Positions 26,453 through 34,560 of a DNA stretch of 64,000 nt are shown here, one piece after another. Source of the DNA: a virus (Duplodnaviria > Caudoviricetes); the IMG/VR virus record IMGVR_UViG_3300047447_000196, positions 10,270 to 74,269 of that record. One strand, 5' to 3'. Position numbers and translations under genes: made by a program. Under the pieces are notes generated by a model. The model saw only the letters and a list, made by a program, of their open reading frames with translations, had not been told where the DNA came from and ran no database searches. Within the stretch, counting starts at the first letter, position 1, and each line of letters begins with the position of its first letter.

Positions 26453-26850
26453 CACGCGGTCTCCCTGGTGCAGCGGCCGTAGTGGCTGGGCACGCCTTTC
26501 AGGTCGTTGCTGCCCTCCCTCTGGCCGCGCGAGGACGGCATGTTCTGGCGCGAGAGCGGTTTGAATGGCGGCATCGTGCGCGGCGGCACGCGCGGCGCGT
26601 TCGGGTCTTCGGCCGGCTGGATCAGGCCGTAGCGCACCAGCAGCGCCTCGCTGGCGTGGTAGCGCTGGCCGACCTTCACCGCGCAGCCACGCATGACCAG
26701 GTCCTCGTACAACGACTCGATCTCGGCCAGCGACAGGTTCATGGTGCCGAGGGTGCCGATGCCCTCCTGCGGCGTGACGCAGGCGCCGGCCAGCAGCAGG
26801 TTGGTGATCTTGCGCTGGTTCGAGTTCGAGGGCGGCATCTTCATCTTCAT
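26452..26850 (-). CDS. Hypothetical protein (132 aa), possibly winged-helix
   Basis: AAGGAG RBS; operon packing. Confidence 0.65.
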   Translation of the reverse strand: MKMKMPPSNSNQRKITNLLLAGACVTPQEGIGTLGTMNLSLAEIESLYEDLVMRGCAVKVGQRYHASEALLVRYGLIQPAEDPNAPRVPPRTMPPFKPLSRQNMPSSRGQREGSNDLKGVPSHYGRCTRETA

Positions 26851-27272
26851 GGTGCTTCTCCTTCGCTGTAGACCGGGTCCAGGCCGTGCTCGGCCATCCA
26901 GAGGGCCAGGCGCTGGTGGTTGTTGTCAGGGGTCTGGCGGTAGCCGTGCTGCACGGCGCGCGCCAGGTTGAGGACGTACTCGCGGCCGGGGCCGGGGTGG
27001 CGCAGCTCGCGCCGCCACTCGGCCATGTCCTCATAGGTCCAGCCGTACTGCCTTGCCACCACTTCCAGCGCCCGCACCACGCGCGCCATGCGCGGGATGT
27101 CCTCGAGCGCGGCGCGCTTGATGCGGATGCGCGTCTTCTCGAGGTCGATGTCGGCCTTCTCCCAGTCGAAGAACCAGGCGACCTTGTTGAAATCCTTCTC
27201 GTAGTCACGCGAGACGCGGATCTTGGTCGTGGCCGGCTCCACCGGGCGCGGGGCGCGGGGCAGGTATCCCAT
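26847..27272 (-). CDS. Hypothetical protein (141 aa)
   Basis: TGATG coupling with the vWA gene. Confidence 0.7.
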   Translation of the reverse strand: MGYLPRAPRPVEPATTKIRVSRDYEKDFNKVAWFFDWEKADIDLEKTRIRIKRAALEDIPRMARVVRALEVVARQYGWTYEDMAEWRRELRHPGPGREYVLNLARAVQHGYRQTPDNNHQRLALWMAEHGLDPVYSEGEAP

Positions 27273-27844
27273 CAGGCGCCGGTGCGGATGCTGGTGCTGT
27301 ACATCGACATGTTCCCGTAGGCCTCGGCCACGCCGGCGCTGCTGGCGGCCACGCCGCGGGTGTTGGCGCCGCTGATGCCGAACGTCTCGGCGGCCTTGAA
27401 GGCGTCGATGCCGGCGCCCTGGAACAGGACCGCCCAGCCCTTGTCGTCCTCGTACAGCTTGATCAGGGCCTTGGCGCCCTCGACCGTGAACTTGCGGCTG
27501 GCGTTCTCCTCGCCGTCGGTGAAGATGTTGACGATCACCTTGTCGGTCCAGGCCTCGCGCGCGATGCGCTCGCCCTGTTTCATGAAGGTCATGCCGATCG
27601 CGTCGGCCAGCGCGGTGCTGCCGATCGTGACGTACTGGGCCTGCGTCAGGTTGCCCAGGTGGGCGATGTTGACGCCCTCGTACACGGTCTCGATCTCGCT
27701 GTTGAACAGGATCAGCGTGGCGCGAGCATGGCCCGGCAGGGTGCGCTGTTCCATCAGGTAGCCGTTCAGGCCGCCGATGGTGTCGGTGCGCAGCTTTTCC
27801 ATCGAGCCGCTGCGGTCCAGGATGTTGATGATTTCTACGTTCAT
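27272..27844 (-). CDS. von Willebrand factor A (vWA) domain protein (190 aa)
   Basis: ILDRSGSM MIDAS motif, GSTALADAIG, IFTDGEENAS; start MNVEII at 27844. Confidence 0.9.
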   Translation of the reverse strand: MNVEIINILDRSGSMEKLRTDTIGGLNGYLMEQRTLPGHARATLILFNSEIETVYEGVNIAHLGNLTQAQYVTIGSTALADAIGMTFMKQGERIAREAWTDKVIVNIFTDGEENASRKFTVEGAKALIKLYEDDKGWAVLFQGAGIDAFKAAETFGISGANTRGVAASSAGVAEAYGNMSMYSTSIRTGA

Positions 27845-28161
27845 AAAGCCCCTTCGTGGTTGACCATCTAAAACCGTGCGCCCAGCAGGGTCCAAAGGTG
27901 AGAGGGAGCAGGCAGGCTGCTACTGGCTCTCACCTGCGCCATGCCACCGCTGTTCTGGGGCACCACGCCGCTCGCTGGAGTCCGAATTTCCTCGACCTGG
28001 CGTTGTCTCACCCCCTTGGCACCAGGTCTTGCTGCGATCGCTTCGGCAACGTCGCGTCGGCGCGCCTGCAAGGTTGGGCAGGGGCCGGTCTTTTTGCGGT
28101 GGGGACCGATCCAGGTCCATGCACGTTTGATCAGGGTGTCGTCCGCGCCACCCGGGCTTGC

Positions 28162-29052
28162 CTACCGGATCACCGGCCGCGCCGCCCGCATCAGTTCCAT
28201 GCGCAGCCGGCGCGGGCCGGCTTCTCCCCATTCCAGCAGCGCGTCGGCCCAGTCCGTGCCGATGATGTTGGCCGGGTAGGCCACGCCACAGCCGAGCAGC
28301 GCGGCCGCTTCCTTCGCCTTCTCGATGCCGGGGTTGAAGCCGCGCCGGGCCTCGGTCTCCCAGTCGTTGTCGGCGCACACCACGGCCAGGCCTTCGACGC
28401 GCGCGTTCTCGGCCACGACGACCAGGTTGCCGGCGTCCAGGCAGATCTCGACGGCCGCGTTCGGCAGGTTCTGGAACACCGCCAGGCCGGTCGCAAACCC
28501 TTCGGTGAAGCCGTGCAGCACGCTGCCGGGGCGGGCCAGCACCAGGGACGCGCCCTTGGTCGAGCAGCCGGGATAGTTCTTCTTGGTCCCGTCCGGCCAG
28601 ATCCGCTGCACGGTGGCCAGGCGCCCTTCGCGGTACAAAGGCCAGACCAGGATCTCGCCGTCCACGCGCAGCTGCGAGCAGCCGAGCATCGACAGGCCCT
28701 TGGCGGCGAGGTACGGGTGGCCGCCTTCCAGGCGCGGCAGGCCGTGGAAGTAGGACGCCATGTCCCCATAGGCGCGCGCCGCCCTGGCCCGCTCGCGCTG
28801 GCGGCGCGCGGCGTTGTCGCGCTCGATCTTCTTGCGCTCGACCGGGGTGATCGGGGTGTCGTCGGACCACTCGATCCACTCCTCGTCGACCGCGTAATCC
28901 TTGAAGTAGCCACGGCGGCCGCCCACGCGCAGCATGTAGACGCCGTTCTTCTTCTTCGGCTTGTCGACCGTGGCGCAGCGATACCAGACGCCGTTCGGGG
29001 CGACCTCGCCCGGAATGAAGCCGGCGGCCAGCAGCGTGTTATAGAAATCCAT
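28162..29052 (-). CDS. Toprim-domain DNA primase (296 aa)
   Basis: KKKNG.Y, HPYLAAKGL, LVWPLY...VQRI..DG.KK, EGFATG, DAGNL, CADND Toprim motifs; start MDFYN at 29052. Confidence 0.9.
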   Translation of the reverse strand: MDFYNTLLAAGFIPGEVAPNGVWYRCATVDKPKKKNGVYMLRVGGRRGYFKDYAVDEEWIEWSDDTPITPVERKKIERDNAARRQRERARAARAYGDMASYFHGLPRLEGGHPYLAAKGLSMLGCSQLRVDGEILVWPLYREGRLATVQRIWPDGTKKNYPGCSTKGASLVLARPGSVLHGFTEGFATGLAVFQNLPNAAVEICLDAGNLVVVAENARVEGLAVVCADNDWETEARRGFNPGIEKAKEAAALLGCGVAYPANIIGTDWADALLEWGEAGPRRLRMELMRAARPVIR

Positions 29053-30551
29053 TACCGGCCTCCCCTGCCGAAGCCGCGGGCCTTGCCGATGGCGATGTCG
29101 ATCGACTTGAGTTTTCCGCGCACCCAGTCCTTCGGTTCGACCGGCTCGACCTCGGCCAGCGGGATGCGCGGCGCCGGATAGCCGGTCATCTTGGTATAGC
29201 GGTCGCGCACCCACTTCTCGGCGACGTCGGCCGGCTTCTTGCGGCGCAGCGCCTCGTGCACCAGCTGCGGGTACAGGTCGGCCTCGACCTCGGTGCGCGA
29301 GAACGCGGCCAGCAGCTCGACCATGCTGCCCGGCTCGTGGCGTACGGCTTCGCGCGGCGGGTAGACGTGGCCGCAGGTCGGGCAGAACGGCTGCGGGTGG
29401 TGCAGGCACTTGCAGGCCGGGCACTTGACCGGCCTGGCCTCGCCCTTCTCGCGGCTCTTGCCGGCGGCGTTCTTGCGCCCGCGCACGAAGTCGAGCGCGC
29501 CTTCCTCGAAGAAACGGTTCCAGTCGTCCCAGAAGCGCTCGCTGTTGCCCGAGTGGTCGAGCACGATCAGGTCGTCCTTCCCCGGGCTGGTGCGCAGGCC
29601 CCGGCCGAACAGCTGGATGTACTCGGCGAGGGAGTTGGCCAGCGGGCGCGCCATGATGACCACGCCAATGTCGGGCACATCGAACCCTTTGCTGGCGGCC
29701 GTCACGGTGATCAGGCCCCGGATCGACGAGTCCGGGCGGCGGAATTCCTCGACCACGTCGGCGCGCTCGACGTCGCCCTCGCGGTAGGTGTAGGCCCGGG
29801 TCATGATATTGGCGGCCAGGAACTGGCGTTCCAGCTCCTGCACATGGGCCGTGTCGACCGCCGAGCAGATGAACTTGCGGTCCTGGCCCAGGCGCAGGTA
29901 CTCGGCCACGCAATCGCCGACGACTTTACGGGCGCGGTCGCTGGTGGCGGCGGTGTCGAACTCGCCATTGACGATCGGCACGCCGGTCATGTCCGGCTCG
30001 CGCGCGGCGAAGATGCGAAACGGCGCCAGGTAGCCGCGGCGGATCAGGTCGTTGGTGGTGGCGACGTTGATCAGGACCTCGTACATCTTGTCCAGGCCGC
30101 GCGTGAAGGGGGTGGCGGTCAGGCCGATGAAGATGGTCGAGCCGTCGTCGTCCAGCATGCGCTTTTTGACGGCCTGGCTGATGGTGTGGCACTCGTCGAC
30201 CAGGATCACGACGGCCGACGGCCATTTTCGCCGGCCCACGGTCTGGATCGAGCAGACCTGGACACGCTCCCACGGCGCCGCGCGCGGATGCACGCCCTGG
30301 ATCACGCCGTGCGGGATGCCCTCGGCATCGAACACCATCGAGGTCTGGTCGATCAGGTTGATGCGATCGCACACGAACGCGGCGCGGTGCATCTTTTTCA
30401 GGGTCTGGCGCACCATGAACGCGCCGATCTTGGTTTTACCCGAGCCGGTCGGGGCCACCAGGCAGATGCGGCGGTAGCCGGCGCGGATCGCGTTGCGGAT
30501 GGATTCGATCGCGTCGATCTGGTAGTCGCGCAGGTCGCCGAAGTTCTCCAT
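29052..30551 (-). CDS. SF2 DEAD/DEAH-box helicase (499 aa) with C-terminal zinc finger
   Basis: LRDYQ Q-motif, APTGSGKT, DECH, GLTATP, KGFDVP, QLFGRGLR, CPAC...CPTC. Confidence 0.95.
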   Translation of the reverse strand: MENFGDLRDYQIDAIESIRNAIRAGYRRICLVAPTGSGKTKIGAFMVRQTLKKMHRAAFVCDRINLIDQTSMVFDAEGIPHGVIQGVHPRAAPWERVQVCSIQTVGRRKWPSAVVILVDECHTISQAVKKRMLDDDGSTIFIGLTATPFTRGLDKMYEVLINVATTNDLIRRGYLAPFRIFAAREPDMTGVPIVNGEFDTAATSDRARKVVGDCVAEYLRLGQDRKFICSAVDTAHVQELERQFLAANIMTRAYTYREGDVERADVVEEFRRPDSSIRGLITVTAASKGFDVPDIGVVIMARPLANSLAEYIQLFGRGLRTSPGKDDLIVLDHSGNSERFWDDWNRFFEEGALDFVRGRKNAAGKSREKGEARPVKCPACKCLHHPQPFCPTCGHVYPPREAVRHEPGSMVELLAAFSRTEVEADLYPQLVHEALRRKKPADVAEKWVRDRYTKMTGYPAPRIPLAEVEPVEPKDWVRGKLKSIDIAIGKARGFGRGGR

Positions 30552-30884
30552 TCAGACGCCCCGCACCAGCTTGCGCACGCGCTCGAGCAGGTCGTGCTCG
30601 CTCGGCGCACCGACCAGGGCCACCAGGTCGCCGAGCAGCCGGCGGTGGTGCTGCAACTGGCGCTTATGGTTGTCGCGCTCGCGGGTCAGCTCGATCACCC
30701 GGGCCAGCTCCTGGTCGAGGCGGCGCTTGATGCCGAAGCGCGCGCGGATCTCGGCCGCCAGCAGGTCGCCGCGGTGGCCGGCATTGAGCGCGTCGAGCTG
30801 GGCGGTCAGGATCTCGACCTCCTCGTTCAGGAGGTCGATCATTTCCTCGGCGGATGGCGCGCCCAGGTCGTCGTCGGCGCTCAT
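30552..30884 (-). CDS. Coiled-coil hypothetical protein (110 aa)
   Basis: ATGA overlap; C-terminal part of track ORF 30552..31466. Confidence 0.65.
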   Translation of the reverse strand: MSADDDLGAPSAEEMIDLLNEEVEILTAQLDALNAGHRGDLLAAEIRARFGIKRRLDQELARVIELTRERDNHKRQLQHHRRLLGDLVALVGAPSEHDLLERVRKLVRGV

Positions 30885-31312
30885 TTGCACACCTGCCAGT
30901 GGTAGCCGCGGCGGCGGTGGCGGTCCTCGATGCTCGCTTGTTCCAGCTGGCTGCGCTTGGTCCTCTCGGCGTCGGTGCGGTAAAAGCTCTTGCGCGCCTC
31001 GTTGATATAGCCGCGGCTCTGGCCGTTGAACACGAACGCCTCGACCTGCGGGGCCAGCGCCAGGCGTGCCCGGTCGTCGGCGGCATCCCATAGCGCATCC
31101 GACAGCGGCCGGTTCGATTCGGCCAAGTAGGTGCGGACGGTACGCCGGCGCCCTTTGAACGCCCACTGGCCGAGCCAGGGGTACAGGGAGTGCGCATCGG
31201 CGAACTCGATCCGCGGCCCGTCCTCGGCCAGCACCTGCAGGTAGGTGAGCAGGGACCAGTCCTTGACCCAGGCGACGATGAAATACTGCGCGGCTTTCCG
31301 GCGGTCCATCAT
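30881..31312 (-). CDS. Hypothetical protein (143 aa)
   Basis: ATGA-type overlap with the Ref-like gene. Confidence 0.6.
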   Translation of the reverse strand: MMDRRKAAQYFIVAWVKDWSLLTYLQVLAEDGPRIEFADAHSLYPWLGQWAFKGRRRTVRTYLAESNRPLSDALWDAADDRARLALAPQVEAFVFNGQSRGYINEARKSFYRTDAERTKRSQLEQASIEDRHRRRGYHWQVCK

Positions 31313-31713
31313 GGCGCGACCCCCAGGCGTTCGTTGCACAGCGCGCGCAGTTCCTGCTGGGTGCCGTACAGCTTCTCGAAGCGCGCCTTGTTCGGATGGA
31401 CGGCCACCAGGCTCTTGTCGTTGCCGGTGCCCTGCTGGTGGTGGCCGGCGCATAAAGGCAAGACATTCATGTGGCAGCCCGGTTTCGTGCGGCCGTCGAT
31501 GTGGTGGATCGACACGTAGTCGGAGGTCGGCAGGCCGGCCACGCGGCAGGCGATGCAGCCGATCTCGCGCGCCAGGCGGTCCCAGTACGCCGCTTCCTGC
31601 GCCGAGACGGCGCGCTGGCGGCTTTTACCGAGGCCGCTCTTGCGGGTGGCCGGCGCCTTGGCGCGGGCGCGGCGGACAAAGCCGGTGCGCTGCAGGATCG
31701 CGGTGCGCTTCAT
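31309..31713 (-). CDS. Ref-family (RecA-dependent, HNH-type) recombination-enhancement nuclease
   Basis: GCIACR...IHHIDGR.....VLPLC..HHQ....VH..K.RFE..YG.Q.EL. Confidence 0.8.
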   Translation of the reverse strand: MKRTAILQRTGFVRRARAKAPATRKSGLGKSRQRAVSAQEAAYWDRLAREIGCIACRVAGLPTSDYVSIHHIDGRTKPGCHMNVLPLCAGHHQQGTGNDKSLVAVHPNKARFEKLYGTQQELRALCNERLGVAP

Positions 31714-32282
31714 TTGAGCGAACTCGCCCTGACCACGCGCATGCCCAGCTGGCGCGCCAGGTAGACCTCGGTGCTGGCGCCCTTCGAGCGCTCCCAGCCA
31801 GGCAGGGTCCCGACGGTGTCGCAGTGTTCCAGCATGTCGGCCAGGTCGATGCGCATGAACTCGGCCCAGTCGCTGTCGGGCGGCAGGTCGACCTCGGCCG
31901 GATTGATCACGCGCAGACCCAGGTTGCGCAGGCGCGCGGCCTCGGCGTTAAATGCGGGAAAATTCAGCTCGGGCTTGCCGGTCATCGGCCCGGACAGGTA
32001 GATCGCGTCACGCGGCGGGCGCTGGCGGAACGGCCGCGGCTCGTTCAGGTTGTAGTCCTCGCGCAGCTGCTCGCACTGGACCGCCCCTTCGGTGGCGGTC
32101 TCGACGGCGGCGCAGCGCGCGATCGGCAGGCGTTTATGACGCCACTGCAGCACGGCCTGGGGCGAGACGCCCAGCTTGCGGGCCAGGCTGCTGGCCGAAC
32201 CGACGGTGGCGATCGCGGTGTCGAGGGTGGCCTGTTCGCGGCGGCGGGTGGCCGCCCGGGTCCGTGCGGAAAGTTTTTTCAT
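31710..32282 (-). CDS. cro: Cro-like (YdaS/P22-Cro-type) repressor fused to a DUF4406 nucleoside-deoxyribosyltransferase-like domain
   Basis: N-terminus SASSLARKLGVSPQAVLQW...VETAT.G.V..EQLR.D; C-terminus IYLSGPMTG.P..NFPAF...NPA...W..FMR.DL..ML.CD....LPGWERSKGA..E; divergent from cI. Confidence 0.85.
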   Translation of the reverse strand: MKKLSARTRAATRRREQATLDTAIATVGSASSLARKLGVSPQAVLQWRHKRLPIARCAAVETATEGAVQCEQLREDYNLNEPRPFRQRPPRDAIYLSGPMTGKPELNFPAFNAEAARLRNLGLRVINPAEVDLPPDSDWAEFMRIDLADMLEHCDTVGTLPGWERSKGASTEVYLARQLGMRVVRASSLK

Positions 32283-32289
32283 GTGGCCT

Positions 32290-32329
32290 ATTCTACAAGC
32301 AACACTTTAAAACTCAAGCAAAACTTTAA
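32290..32329 (-). promoter_or_regulatory. pR-like promoter and operators for cro
   Basis: Minus strand TTGAGT-16 bp-TAGAAT. Direct repeats CAAGCAACACTTTAA (32296-32310) and CAAGCAAAACTTTAA (32315-32329). Confidence 0.7.
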
Positions 32330-32407
32330 CGAATCAAGCGCCCCTTAAACTTCCGCTGTGATATGTTGCCACTTGTGAATATTCACGACTTTGAGACGGG
32401 ACCTACC

Positions 32408-33037
32408 ATGCCAACCATTCACGAACGGATTAAACGCTTGCGCGAGAAGAAGGGAATGAGCCGCGCAGATCTTGCAGAGAGGGTGAAGGTCACACAACAG
32501 GCCGTGCACGGCTGGGAACAAAAAGGCGCCGTGCCGTCGCATAGTCGGCTGCGAACACTTGCCGAAGTCTTAAATACAACAACGGAATACTTGTCCGCTG
32601 GAATTGATGTTAATGTTCCGTTAGCACAAAAATATACTTTGGTAAGGTTGCTAGGGACGGACAAAGAAGGAGGCTCGGCAGTGAATTTCCATGATGAAGT
32701 CGGCGGCCTCGTCGACGATGTACACAGCTATGCCTACCGCAGGGACTTCCTGCTGCGGCTGGGCGTGGCGCCCGAGCATTGCCGCGTCTACATGGCGGAA
32801 AACAGCGGCATGAACCTGGGCGAGCAGCTGCTCGTCGACACCAGCCAGACCGAGATCGAGAACGACAAGGTATTCCTGCTCGACACCCCGGCCGGCGTCC
32901 AGGTGCGGCGCCTGCACATCCAGCTGGACGGGTCGGTGCGGGTCATCGCCGACAGCCCGGCCGTGCCGCAGCAGGTGGTGCCGGCCGGCGTGGTCAAGCT
33001 GATCGGCAAGGTCGTCGCGCACCAGGGCGCATTGTAG
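32408..33037 (+). CDS. cI: CI-like repressor: Xre HTH plus degenerate S24 peptidase domain (209 aa)
   Basis: IHERIKRLREKKGMSRADLAERVKVTQQAVHGWE HTH; S24-like C-terminus with LLVDTS...VRRL...DGSVRVIADS; between divergent promoters. Confidence 0.9.
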   Translation: MPTIHERIKRLREKKGMSRADLAERVKVTQQAVHGWEQKGAVPSHSRLRTLAEVLNTTTEYLSAGIDVNVPLAQKYTLVRLLGTDKEGGSAVNFHDEVGGLVDDVHSYAYRRDFLLRLGVAPEHCRVYMAENSGMNLGEQLLVDTSQTEIENDKVFLLDTPAGVQVRRLHIQLDGSVRVIADSPAVPQQVVPAGVVKLIGKVVAHQGAL

Positions 33038-33056
33038 TTATTTCAACACACCAACC

Positions 33057-33086
33057 GGGCCGGCTTTTACGCCGGCCCTTTTTTTT
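33057..33086 (+). terminator. Rho-independent terminator after cI
   Basis: GGGCCGGC-TTTTAC-GCCGGCCC followed by T8. Confidence 0.9.
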
Positions 33087-33125
33087 GCCCTCTCCCCAAG
33101 CGCGCTCGAGGAGGTCTCAAAGCAT

Positions 33126-33165
33126 TGATCAGAGATGATCAGAGATGACCAGAGATCGCCAGATG
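33126..33165. repeat. Four degenerate 10-bp tandem repeats
   Basis: TGATCAGAGA TGATCAGAGA TGACCAGAGA TCGCCAGATG. Confidence 0.8.
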
Positions 33166-33220
33166 CACATGCAGAACGCTTAACATTGCGTTTCCACAAC
33201 AAAGTGTAATGGAATGTAGA

Positions 33221-33282
33221 TTAAAGTCCGACTCAAAACTTTAAAGTTTCGCTTGTACATTAAAGCCAAACTTTAATAGACT
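33221..33282 (+). promoter_or_regulatory. pL-like promoter and operators
   Basis: TTGTAC-18 bp-TAGACT. TTAAAGTTTCGCTTG (33241-33255) is the reverse complement of the OR repeat. Palindromes AAACTTTAAAGTTT (33236-33249) and ATTAAAG-CCAAA-CTTTAAT (33259-33277). Confidence 0.7.
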
Positions 33283-33317
33283 GGTTTCTGTTGCCTCACA
33301 ACAAACAGGAGCCGCCG

Positions 33318-33731
33318 TTGGACCATACCGCCTACATCACGCTGCCCGAACTTTCCCTGCCGCTCGGCCCCAACGGGGCGGTGCTGATGCACCTGGCCGG
33401 GCCGATCCTGCTGGAAGTCGAGTTCACCTACGAGCCGGGCTACCCGGGCCGTCCGGCCAGTGCCAGCGGCGACCCGGGCGACCCCGGCCTGCCCGAGGAA
33501 TTCGACTTCAAGCATGTGCGCACCCAGCACCCGCTGGTGCTGACCTCCCCGGACAGCGACATCCGCACCGTGATCTCGGCCGGCCATGACCTGTTCGAGC
33601 ACCTGACCGCGCTGCAGCTGCTGGCGATCGAGACCGAGCTGGTCCAGCGCCGCCGCGACAGCCGCCTGGACGCGAAGGTCGACGAGGCGATCGTGGCCCG
33701 CGCGATGGGCTACCTGGGGGACGTGGCATGA
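33318..33731 (+). CDS. Hypothetical early protein (137 aa, TTG start)
   Basis: AGGAG 7 nt upstream of TTG; first gene after pL. Confidence 0.7.
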   Translation: MDHTAYITLPELSLPLGPNGAVLMHLAGPILLEVEFTYEPGYPGRPASASGDPGDPGLPEEFDFKHVRTQHPLVLTSPDSDIRTVISAGHDLFEHLTALQLLAIETELVQRRRDSRLDAKVDEAIVARAMGYLGDVA

Positions 33732-34240
33732 ACGCGCCGGCCGTGAAAACCCACTGGAAGCAGCTGATCGACCCCCGCTTCGTCGGCGTCTACGCCCTGC
33801 CGAACGGCGAGGACATGACGGTGACGATCAAGTACGTCCAGAAGGAAACCATCACCATGATGGGCGGCAAGAAGGAAGACCACTCGCTGGCCTACCTGGT
33901 CGAAACCAAGCCCCTCATCCTCAACAGCACCAACAGCAAGACGATCGAGAAGCTGTACGGTCCCTACATCGAGGACTGGGCCGGCCGCAAGATCACGCTG
34001 TACGCCAGCACGACGAAACTCGGCAGCGAAATGGTCGAGTGCCTGCGCATCCGCGCCAAGGTCCCGGCCGAGGTGAAGGCGGCGCTGCCGGGGCCGCGCA
34101 TGAACGCGGCGCTGCAGGCGGTCAGGGAGGGCAAGTATTCGGCCGAGTCGCTGCGCGTGAAATACGCGCTCACCCCGGACCAGGAGGCCAGCCTGGCCGC
34201 GCTCGAGCTTGAACTGGCCGCCAAACCGGAGGGTGCCTGA
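33728..34240 (+). CDS. Conserved phage protein in the recombination module (170 aa), candidate ssDNA-binding/annealing partner
   Basis: THWK....PRF.G...L...D..VTI...KPLILN.TN.K.I..LYG..IEDW.G..ITLY motif family; located just upstream of the exonuclease. Confidence 0.7.
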   Translation: MNAPAVKTHWKQLIDPRFVGVYALPNGEDMTVTIKYVQKETITMMGGKKEDHSLAYLVETKPLILNSTNSKTIEKLYGPYIEDWAGRKITLYASTTKLGSEMVECLRIRAKVPAEVKAALPGPRMNAALQAVREGKYSAESLRVKYALTPDQEASLAALELELAAKPEGA

Positions 34241-34560
34241 TGCGCCCCGCCCGCGAGCTGGGCATGCAGGCCGCCATCGCCCACGCTGGCGACGACTGGC
34301 GCGATCAGGCGACCCGCGAATTGGTCCGGTTCGCGCGCGAGCACGGCGCCGCGTTCCTGGTCGAGGCGGCGCGGCACGCCGCAGCGGAACGGGGCCTGGA
34401 AGCGCCGCCGGACAGCCGCGCCTGGGGCGCCGTGACCAAACGGGCGCACCGCGCCGGCCTGATCGAGCCAGCCGGGTTTGCACAAGGCTCCAACGGCAGC
34501 CCGAAACCGATGTGGCGCGCCAGCCGCTGCCGCGATTGGCCACTGCGGGAAGGCGCATGA
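34240..34560 (+). CDS. Hypothetical protein (106 aa)
   Basis: TGATG coupling; RAWGAV..RA...GLIE motif. Confidence 0.7.
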   Translation: MRPARELGMQAAIAHAGDDWRDQATRELVRFAREHGAAFLVEAARHAAAERGLEAPPDSRAWGAVTKRAHRAGLIEPAGFAQGSNGSPKPMWRASRCRDWPLREGA

